26,500 nucleotides of DNA from Candidatus Zixiibacteriota bacterium (GTDB taxonomy: Bacteria > Zixibacteria > MSB-5A5 > JAABVY01 > JAHJOQ01). This document shows positions 10,501 through 17,283 of this stretch, one piece after another. The position numbers and the translations under genes are program-made. The notes beneath the pieces were generated by a model. That model did no database searches, had not been told where the DNA came from, and worked only from the letters and a program-made list of their open reading frames with translations. The stretch is taken from NCBI GenBank assembly GCA_024275215.1, contig JAJRZO010000053.1, positions 1 to 26,500 of the forward strand. Reading direction: 5' to 3'. Position 1 is the stretch's first letter. Every line of letters starts with the position of its first letter.

Positions 10501-11158
10501 CACAGGTTTGCTGCCGGACACTTACTATGATTACCGTGTGATAAGCCATGATCCGGCAGGCAATGAATCGATAAGTGGATACTATATGTTCAAGACAGGT
10601 GGATTTGGCCTGGATGCTGACGGAGATGGCCTTGTTTCAATTCCAGAGCCTGTCTATCATACATCGCAGCCGGTGCTTGTTATCCGTAATCTGGACACAA
10701 AGCCCGACAACATGTACTACTTCGAGGTTGCGACTGATTCGAACTTTATCAACACAGTAGCCTCATCAATGCCTGTGCAGCAGCAGTTTGGCGAGACGAC
10801 AGCGTGGAAAGTCTCCCAACGGCTCGCACAGGGTAGTACATACTACTGGAGAGCAAGTGCTAACCTTAAAGAGTATTCCAGGATGTTAACATTTGAGGTA
10901 ATCGCCTCTCCGCACCCATACCCGAACCCATTCGATGCAAATGTAACGCCGTATGTTACATTTACTGAGATTCCGCCCGGTTCCAATCTGATTATAACGA
11001 CGATTAATGGCGAAATAGTCAAAGGCTGGTCCGATGTCGGGCAAGAGGACATCATCTGGGATGGGTTCAACGATCATGGCGAGGCAGTCAGTCCCGGCGT
11101 TTATCTCTGGTATGTTGAGTCGACTGACTTCAAAGGAAAACTGACTGTCATTAGATAA
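7595..11158 (+). CDS. Large secreted multidomain protein: signal peptide, right-handed beta-helix-like domain, four tandem Fn3-like repeats, further Fn3/Ig-like domains, T9SS-type-A/FlgD-like C-terminal domain
   Basis: Sec signal MIKRVFLSLIIFSICVIPADA. Beta-helix-type start YYVTKSGSDSYNG...PGDTV and end NPGFVDPGSGDF. Four 97-98-aa repeats with YYWRxRxYN. C-terminus YPNPF...WDGFNDHGEAVSPGVYLW...KLTVIR. Confidence 0.8.
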   Translation: MIKRVFLSLIIFSICVIPADAGTVYYVTKSGSDSYNGRSWSAAWETLDKVNNMVQPGDTVFFGTGIWYNSMINPPPGGDANNVTVYACSTFSEASRGLAKIYGGDLLTGWSVYSGNIYKKIWDGPRTYVLGQNNRLLIPVSSAGSITQPGQFHFDEGSQTVYAWLYGSANPNNETMIIARKQAVVFNQENTDYIRIWGLALGYGKPEVISYAAKCKYTSIEHCDIYCGGYETDGNGGGILYYAYDGGKNAADSSTYGRYNKVIACTIGNLMEERGSAYSHGIATYCEQYVLIESCYVYPPIGNGIYFKDRLESQTHIGNVAKFNTIYGTQQSAIMWTAHAYQDSAYGNFIYDCHIGIMNWGSATPPFEGHMFIANNTIYNVECKGIALIENESGDCGDNNIVKYNIVAGTDLSGCDEDQEIVGFEYVSPPCYESYTIDSNMYYDVTDNFPCASGNEFSIWQGSCGYDEHGFFGTNPGFVDPGSGDFSRPGASPEMNRADYGDRQWTLWGAWQPSGDCPTPNAPSLVSPSNGATGLSQPVNLDWSNVSGATLYQVQVDDNASFGSPEINAQPVSSSYGASGLDEQTTYYWRARAYNSCGWGTWSLIRIFTVEEGGCPLPPPPTLASPANGASDLVQPINLDWYDVSGVTLYQVQVDNNPDFSNPEIDIQPSSSGYTASGLAEGTTYYWRARAYNSCGWGNWSDTRNLTTEEGGCPPPSSPILDIPADGASNLSVPVLLDWYDVSGASLYQVQVDDNSDFSSPRISVQPSSSSYSAYGLDSGMMFYWRVRAYNECGWGSWGPVRSFTIEGDCNPPQPPAYQSPPNGLSNVAQPVPLNWSDATGATKYQLQVDENSGFMNPEVDVEPVESQYSVDGLMPLTYYYWRVRSYNSCGWGSWTSIRYFVTDSHGGSDNTPPVISNVYADDTTSTTATVHWTTDELATSRVFYAGGLSSGDTTDINENYVYTHTVIVTGLLPDTYYDYRVISHDPAGNESISGYYMFKTGGFGLDADGDGLVSIPEPVYHTSQPVLVIRNLDTKPDNMYYFEVATDSNFINTVASSMPVQQQFGETTAWKVSQRLAQGSTYYWRASANLKEYSRMLTFEVIASPHPYPNPFDANVTPYVTFTEIPPGSNLIITTINGEIVKGWSDVGQEDIIWDGFNDHGEAVSPGVYLWYVESTDFKGKLTVIR
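9143..10315 (+). repeat. Four intragenic tandem repeats (period 294, 294, 291 bp) encoding Fn3-like domains
   Basis: Units start at Cys codons 9143, 9437, 9731 and 10022. Shared pattern C-x-P...(N/D)G...P(V/I)xL(D/N)W...YQ(V/L)QVD...F...GL...YWRxRxYNxCGWGxW. Units 1 and 2 are also similar at DNA level (tactactggcgYgcgcgggcatataacagttgcggNtgggga). Confidence 0.92.
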
Positions 11159-11208
11159 ACAGCATGTAGCCCATACCTGCTTATTGCCTGAATCTCCTCC
11201 GAAAGATA

Positions 11209-11238
11209 GAGAAGGCCGCCGGTACCGGTGGCCTTCTC
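11209..11238 (+). terminator. GC-rich stem-loop downstream of the large secreted-protein gene, probable terminator
   Basis: GAGAAGGCCGCCGG-TA-CCGGTGGCCTTCTC gives about 14 bp of pairing with one G-U pair, about 50 nt after the stop. There is no clear U-tract, so intrinsic termination is uncertain. Confidence 0.5.
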
Positions 11239-11322
11239 ATCCTGTGCACCACGAATACACAGCATAGCAACAACTTGGAAGCATATCCCTCTGTGGTCTT
11301 ATATAAGAACCCCAAATAGTAA

Positions 11323-11351
11323 TTGACATCCAATCTGCGCTCAGGTAAGTT
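11323..11351 (+). promoter_or_regulatory. Candidate sigma70 promoter for trkA-trkH
   Basis: Perfect TTGACA (11323-11328), 17-nt spacer and TAAGTT (11346-11351, TAnnnT), 100 nt upstream of the trkA start. Confidence 0.6.
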
Positions 11352-11451
11352 CCCGCTTGCTGAAAAGCGTATTCGGGAAGCTGCTGACAGACGAGAGTTG
11401 CAACTTCCGAATATGTAAACACCTCGATGCTCTCTGAGCAAGGAAACTGAA

Positions 11452-12804
11452 ATGAATATCATCGTGATCGGGATGGGTGAAGTCGGTAAGCATATAGCTG
11501 GCTTTCTCGCTTCCGAGGATCACAATGTAACGATCATCGACACTGATCAGCACGCTGTTGCGAAAGCCGAGGAACAGATGGATGTGATGGCATTAGTTGG
11601 TCAGGGTGGCAGCACCAAATGCTTGAAAAAAGCCGAGGCGCACAAAGCTGATCTTGTAATCGCCGTAACCGATGACGATGAAGCAAATCTTCTCGCTGCC
11701 TACAACGCAAAGAGTCTTGGTGCAAAGAAGACAATAGCGAGAGTATCATCTCGTGAGTACCTCGAGGGCGAGTCGGGAGTTTATCACAATGTTGTAGGCG
11801 CCGATCTCGTGATATGCCCGCCAATCCTTTCTGCGATCGAGATTTCCAAACTGGTCAAGGCAGTCGGAGCAGTTTTTGTGGAAACTTTCGCACACAATCA
11901 AGTGGAACTCATTCAGCTTCCCATGAACGAACAATTAAAAGCTGTTGGAATGAGACTGAAAGATATTTCCATGCCGGAAAACACGCTCATTGCCGCAATA
12001 TCCCGCGATGACCGACTTATCATCCCTTCCGGAGACGACGAGATTCTTTTCAACGATGAAGTATTGGTAATAGGCAAAACTGATTACATCCCGAAGGTCG
12101 AGGATTTCTTCGGCAAGAAACTGCGTGGTTCAGCCCACAAGGTGATAATCGTTGGTGGCGGCGAGATCGGGTTCTCGGTTGCGCGCTCGCTCAGCGGCGG
12201 GGACCTCGAAGTTACTGTTATCGACAAAAGTCCGGAGCGGTGTAGATTTCTCTCCGAAGAGCTTCGCAATGTTCTCGTGATTCAGGGTGACGGCACCGAT
12301 ATGGCGATACTCGAAGAAGTCAAGATTGGCGACTGCGATGTATTCATTTCAGCAGTATCCGAAGGCGAAGAGGTCAACCTGCTGGCGGGACTGCTCGCAA
12401 AGCGGCTCGGCGCTCGAAAAAGTGTTGTTCTGGCGGATAAACCCGACTACAAGGAACTGTACGAACAGATCGGTATCGATGCAGTTGTATCTCCCCGTCT
12501 CGTTGCTGCAAATCAGATTATGAAATATGTTCGGGCCGGGACGGTAATCTCTGTAACCATTCTCGAAGAGGGTAAAGGTGAAATTTTGGAGATAATCGCT
12601 CCGCCTTCCGCGAGGATTGTAAAAAAACCGTTAATGGAGCTCGGATTCCCGAAGGGAGCAATTATAGGCGCGATCGCAGGACCTGATGGTATCGTCGTTC
12701 CAAAAGGGAGCGACACGGTGCCACCGAATTCCACAGCCATAGTGTTCACGATGCCCCATTCTCGTAAAAAAGTCGAACGGCTGTTCAAAGTCAAGAAATC
12801 ATGA
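11452..12804 (+). CDS. trkA: Trk potassium uptake system regulatory subunit TrkA
   Basis: 450 aa with two RCK_N/RCK_C units and Rossmann motifs GMGEVG and GGGEIG. Coupled to trkH by an ATGA overlap. Confidence 0.95.
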   Translation: MNIIVIGMGEVGKHIAGFLASEDHNVTIIDTDQHAVAKAEEQMDVMALVGQGGSTKCLKKAEAHKADLVIAVTDDDEANLLAAYNAKSLGAKKTIARVSSREYLEGESGVYHNVVGADLVICPPILSAIEISKLVKAVGAVFVETFAHNQVELIQLPMNEQLKAVGMRLKDISMPENTLIAAISRDDRLIIPSGDDEILFNDEVLVIGKTDYIPKVEDFFGKKLRGSAHKVIIVGGGEIGFSVARSLSGGDLEVTVIDKSPERCRFLSEELRNVLVIQGDGTDMAILEEVKIGDCDVFISAVSEGEEVNLLAGLLAKRLGARKSVVLADKPDYKELYEQIGIDAVVSPRLVAANQIMKYVRAGTVISVTILEEGKGEILEIIAPPSARIVKKPLMELGFPKGAIIGAIAGPDGIVVPKGSDTVPPNSTAIVFTMPHSRKKVERLFKVKKS

Positions 12805-14246
12805 ACTACAGGACTATCGCCAAACTGCTCGGCCTGCTGCTGATCGGCACTGCCATATTCATGGCTACTTCGATCATTCCAGCCGTAATCCTGGAGGACT
12901 CGAGAAGCCTGATTTCGTTTATCCTGTCAGTTGCTGTCACAGGTATCGCGGGAGGCGCGCTCTACTTCGCAGGCAGAAATGAAACAGGCCCCATACATGC
13001 GCGAGAGGCTGTTGCTGTAGTAACGCTCGGCTGGCTGACTGTATCGCTGTTCGGTGGCATTCCATATATGATCGACGGCACATTCTCGAATCCGGCAGAC
13101 GCATTTTTTGAATCAGCATCGGGATTTACAACCACCGGCTCATCAGTGATAACAAATATAGAAGCATCATCCAAGTCGATTCTTTACTGGCGATCACTTA
13201 CTCAATGGCTCGGTGGAATGGGAATCATCGTGCTGTTCATCGCGATTCTTCCACAGTTGGGCGTTGGGGCAAGACATTTATTCAAGTCGGAGGTGCCGGG
13301 ACCTATCACCGAAGGACTCAAACCCAAACTAAAACATACTTCAGCAGCGCTCTGGAAAATTTACATCGGCATCACAGCCGCACTCTTTGTCAGTCTGATG
13401 CTCGCAGGTATGGACTTTTTCGATTCGGTTTGCCATTCTCTGACATGTATGGCGACTGGTGGATTCTCAACAATGAATATGTCCATCGCATACTATGACT
13501 CAGTGGCGATCGACATCATTTTTACGATCTTTATGCTGTTCGCAGGAGTCAATTTCGGACTGTATTATGTTCTGACAAAAGGGCGATTCCGAGAATTCTT
13601 CACTAATGTCGAATTCAAAGTATACTGTGCGATTAACATAGTCAGCATTCTATTGATTACAATTGCAATCCTCGAACGCCATTCGAGTTTCTTAACAGCT
13701 CTCAGATACGCATCGTTTCAGACTCTTTCTGTATCTACTACTACCGGATTCGCTACTGACAATTTTGATCTTTACCCGTCGTTCGCTAAAATCCTGATGG
13801 TCGTCCTGATGTTCATAGGTGGATCGGCAGGGTCAACAGCAGGCGGTATTAAAGTATCGAGGATTATCATCGTTCTGAAGGCAGCATATAACGAAATCTA
13901 CAAAGCCTTTCATCCACATGCAGTTTTTGCCGTAAAAGTCGGGAGGCAGGTGATCGAGGAGAGTGTGATACGATCGGTACTGGTCTTTTTCGGCGTGTTC
14001 ATTATCTCATTCGTTGTCGGAACTCTCGCGATGGCTGCGATGGGACTCGACATGGCGACTGCAGCAACATCAGTTGTTGCAACTCTGGCAAATATCGGTC
14101 CCGGACTTGCGAAAGTCGGCGCAATCGAAAACTATGCGTTTGTTCCGTGGAGCGGGAAAATTCTGCTGTCATTCCTGATGATCCTCGGTCGTCTCGAACT
14201 GTTCACAGTTCTGGTTTTATTTATCCCCGATTTCTGGAAACGCTGA
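12801..14246 (+). CDS. trkH: Trk potassium uptake membrane subunit TrkH
   Basis: Pore-loop motifs FFESASGFTTTG, ATGGFS, TTTGF and LANIGPG, plus WLGGMGII, GGSAGSTAGGIK and MILGRLELF. Confidence 0.95.
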   Translation: MNYRTIAKLLGLLLIGTAIFMATSIIPAVILEDSRSLISFILSVAVTGIAGGALYFAGRNETGPIHAREAVAVVTLGWLTVSLFGGIPYMIDGTFSNPADAFFESASGFTTTGSSVITNIEASSKSILYWRSLTQWLGGMGIIVLFIAILPQLGVGARHLFKSEVPGPITEGLKPKLKHTSAALWKIYIGITAALFVSLMLAGMDFFDSVCHSLTCMATGGFSTMNMSIAYYDSVAIDIIFTIFMLFAGVNFGLYYVLTKGRFREFFTNVEFKVYCAINIVSILLITIAILERHSSFLTALRYASFQTLSVSTTTGFATDNFDLYPSFAKILMVVLMFIGGSAGSTAGGIKVSRIIIVLKAAYNEIYKAFHPHAVFAVKVGRQVIEESVIRSVLVFFGVFIISFVVGTLAMAAMGLDMATAATSVVATLANIGPGLAKVGAIENYAFVPWSGKILLSFLMILGRLELFTVLVLFIPDFWKR

Positions 14247-14495
14247 CCCGTCAGTTTTCACGAGCAGATGGAAGAACGGAAGTCGTTTAGAAATGCTATG
14301 GCGTTGCAACATAACAACTAAAGACGGATAATGGTCATGTATCGATCCTAAACCAGAGAGTCTCAACTGATATTCTTGAGGACATTATTGTATTCTCGAT
14401 GTACAATGAAACCTGGTGATATGATCGAATTCTCGCAATCCTGATCTAAAGGTCGATTCTGTTTATGCCATATATAAAAGGAACAAAGTCGGATT

Positions 14496-16391
14496 ATGGA
14501 CAGAGTAACTGACACAAACAGCACACACAAACAACACTCCCTTGCCGCGCTGTCGCTGGCGGCGCTCGGCGTTGTTTTTGGGGATATTGGCACAAGTCCG
14601 CTATATGCGATCCGGGAATGTTTCCACGGAGAATTTGGCATTGCAGCTTCCCGCGACAATGTTCTCGGCGTCCTGTCGCTGATGTTCTGGGCTTTGATGA
14701 TAATTGTTTCAATCAAATACCTTACATTCATATTCAGAGCTGACAACAGAGGCGAAGGCGGGGTTCTGGCGCTCACAGCCCTTATCAGAGGCATCGCGGG
14801 TTCAAGCACCGGTCGGCGTCGGTTTCTGATAGGAATGGGAGTCTTCGCAGCATGCCTGCTTTATGGTGATGGTATGATCACACCGGCTATTTCCGTTATG
14901 AGCGCAGTTGAAGGACTGAAAGTTATCACTCCGGACTTTAAGCAGTTCGTAATACCTCTGACACTTGTTATCCTTGCCGGATTGTTCTTTCTTCAACATC
15001 GGGGCACTGCAAAAGTAGGATCGATTTTCGGACCTGTGATTTTAGTCTGGTTCGTTACGCTTGCTATCCTCGGCGTCAGGCAGATCATACACCATCCAGA
15101 CGTGTTTGCGGCACTTCTGCCAACTTATGGAATCAATTTTCTTATGAAAACCGGCCTTCACGGTTTTACAGTACTCGGTGCGGTTTTTCTTGTCGTAACA
15201 GGTGCTGAAGCCTTGTATGCGGATCTCGGGCATTTCGGTAAAAAACCGATTCGGACAGTCTGGTTTTATCTCGTGTTACCGGCTTTGCTGCTCAACTATT
15301 TCGGTCAGGGGGCATCGCTTCTGTCCAATCCGGAGAACTCATACCACCCATTTTATGCGACTGTGCCTTCATGGGCGGTGATACCGATGGTGTTCCTCGC
15401 AACCTGCGCAACTATCATTGCATCGCAGGCTGTCATAACCGGCGTATTTTCACTCACACGGCAGGCAATGCAGATGGGCTACCTTCCACGACTTAGAGTC
15501 GTACACACATCATCGAAGCATTTCGGACAAATCTATGTTCCACAGGTTAACTGGCTCGTGATGATCGCAACGCTGGCTCTTGTCCTCATATTTCAATCGT
15601 CAAGCAAGCTGGCTGCTGCCTATGGTGTCGCAGTAACTTCGACTATGCTCATTTCAAGCATACTGCTATATGTTGTGGCGAGAGAAAAATGGAAATGGAA
15701 CATGATTATAACGGGAGCCCTGGTTGCCGTATTTCTCATTGTGGATATTGGTTTCTTCTCCGCAAATATTACCAAGATATTTCATGGCGCATGGTTCCCG
15801 CTCGTACTCGGTGGAATCACAATGCTGATAATGACAACATGGAAACGCGGTAGAGAAATCCTGTCCGAGCAGTTGCGTTCACTGGCAATTCCATTCGCTG
15901 ACCTGAGAAGAAGACTCGCGGACGAAAAAATCACGCGAGTTAAAGGACACGCTGTTTTTCTTACCGGTCAGCCCCAGACAGTACCGATAGCGTTGACTCA
16001 CAATCTTGATCATAATAAGATTGTTCATTCGAGAGTTGTGCTGCTCAATTTCTCATGGCTCGAAATCCCGCGCGTAAGGAACAGAGACAAGCTGCAGATC
16101 GAGGATCTCGGCTCCGGGTTCCACCAGATCACAGCCTCCTATGGATTCATGGAATCTCCGAGTGTTCCGAATGTACTCTCGCTCGCTGTCGGACAGGGGC
16201 TGGAACTGCCGATCGATCAGGCAAGTTTCTTTCTTGGTCGCGAGAAGCTTGTTGTCAATCCGGAGATGCATATGAGCCGATGGCGCGCAAACCTTTTCGC
16301 ATTCCTGTCAAGAAACGCGTATGACGCTTCGTCATTCTTCGAGATTCCCGAGGACAGGGTTATCGAGGTAGGGGTACGTCTCAGCATATAG
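14496..16391 (+). CDS. kup: KUP/HAK/KT family potassium transporter Kup
   Basis: GVVFGDIGTSPLYA, GEGG, YGDGMITPAISV, GAEALYADLGHFG and SQAVITG motifs, with a cytoplasmic C-terminal domain ending VIEVG. Confidence 0.95.
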   Translation: MDRVTDTNSTHKQHSLAALSLAALGVVFGDIGTSPLYAIRECFHGEFGIAASRDNVLGVLSLMFWALMIIVSIKYLTFIFRADNRGEGGVLALTALIRGIAGSSTGRRRFLIGMGVFAACLLYGDGMITPAISVMSAVEGLKVITPDFKQFVIPLTLVILAGLFFLQHRGTAKVGSIFGPVILVWFVTLAILGVRQIIHHPDVFAALLPTYGINFLMKTGLHGFTVLGAVFLVVTGAEALYADLGHFGKKPIRTVWFYLVLPALLLNYFGQGASLLSNPENSYHPFYATVPSWAVIPMVFLATCATIIASQAVITGVFSLTRQAMQMGYLPRLRVVHTSSKHFGQIYVPQVNWLVMIATLALVLIFQSSSKLAAAYGVAVTSTMLISSILLYVVAREKWKWNMIITGALVAVFLIVDIGFFSANITKIFHGAWFPLVLGGITMLIMTTWKRGREILSEQLRSLAIPFADLRRRLADEKITRVKGHAVFLTGQPQTVPIALTHNLDHNKIVHSRVVLLNFSWLEIPRVRNRDKLQIEDLGSGFHQITASYGFMESPSVPNVLSLAVGQGLELPIDQASFFLGREKLVVNPEMHMSRWRANLFAFLSRNAYDASSFFEIPEDRVIEVGVRLSI

Positions 16392-16651
16392 GATTGACGG
16401 ATGTCACACTGACAACATCGGACAATCCAATGACAATGTCTGTGCTGTTTTTTCATGAAACTGGGTGATATGACGCATGGATTGGGGAATATAACCTAAA
16501 GAGTCCCCATACTTTGAGTCATCTCAACGATTTTTTTCCATCTTATCAATATAATTATGACCTTGATGATCGGGTTTTCAATCCTGTCTGACAGTTAATT
16601 CCCCGAAGTATCGGAGCTGACAGTATGCTACCCTGAATTGGTGAGTTCAGT

Positions 16652-16668
16652 TGGGCACTATGTTTGCT
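16652..16668 (+). promoter_or_regulatory. Candidate sigma54 (-24/-12) promoter
   Basis: TGGGCACTATGTTTGCT: GG at 16654-55 and GC at 16666-67 with exactly 10 nt between, matching GGCAC-N5-TTGCW. It lies about 38 nt before ATG 16706, which has AGGTGA at 16694-16699. Confidence 0.55.
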
Positions 16669-16705
16669 TAACAAGATATATATCCACGATTGCAGGTGAT
16701 GCAGT

Positions 16706-17098
16706 ATGAATAATAATGTACCGGGTATTGTAGTACTGGACGACAATGCCACATATTTGGCTTCAATATCGGGAATTCTTGGGTCGCGATATAGATTGAA
16801 ATCTTTTAGCTCCAGTAAAATGCTCATTGATTATCTATCGCTGAACCCCGCAGACCTCCTTGTCATGTCTGCTAACCTGAAGGAAGACTATAGCTTCCTT
16901 GTCATGCTTGAAGTCAGTGAGCGTTGGCCCAAACTACCAATTGTGATAACAACCGATTGTAGCATGCAGTATCTCCGCATCACTATGAATTATCGCGAAA
17001 TAACAGAAGGTGTAGTGTGGATGCCAGTCTCGGCGGATCATCTTCTCGAAGTTATAGATCAGGCTCTTAGCGATCCTGTCGCCACCAGTGATTCGTAA
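16706..17098 (+). CDS. Single-domain CheY-like receiver protein, degenerate (pseudo-receiver)
   Basis: Receiver-like pattern IVVLDD...DLLVMS...LPIVITT...WMP...LLEVIDQAL. The expected phospho-Asp position is Ser and the conserved Lys of KP is Met. Confidence 0.7.
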   Translation: MNNNVPGIVVLDDNATYLASISGILGSRYRLKSFSSSKMLIDYLSLNPADLLVMSANLKEDYSFLVMLEVSERWPKLPIVITTDCSMQYLRITMNYREITEGVVWMPVSADHLLEVIDQALSDPVATSDS

Positions 17099-17283
17099 CG
17101 ATTCTCGTATTGCCGGATGATGAACGAAACATCAATACTGCAAGATTCTCTTGCGCGACACTTTGTCCCAATGCTAACAGCAGCCACTCACCGATTAAAT
17201 TGGTATGCACTACAATGCTATGTTCCAGAGTATCCGACTTTCCTCGACATACAACATAGCGACAAAACAGGCATCTGCGAATA

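Noticed and set aside
10613-10630. DADGDG motif suggesting a dockerin or EF-hand-like calcium site
   Set aside because: Single occurrence without the paired repeat or flanking helix expected for a dockerin.
11397-14310. GTTGCAAC palindrome upstream of both trkA (11397) and kup (14303) as a shared K+ regulon operator
   Set aside because: The same 8-mer also occurs inside coding regions (14076, 26212) and the flanks are not conserved, so it cannot be separated from chance.
14379-14407. Possible sigma70 promoter for kup (AGGACA-N17-TACAAT)
   Set aside because: The -35 match is only 4 of 6, too weak to call without transcript data.
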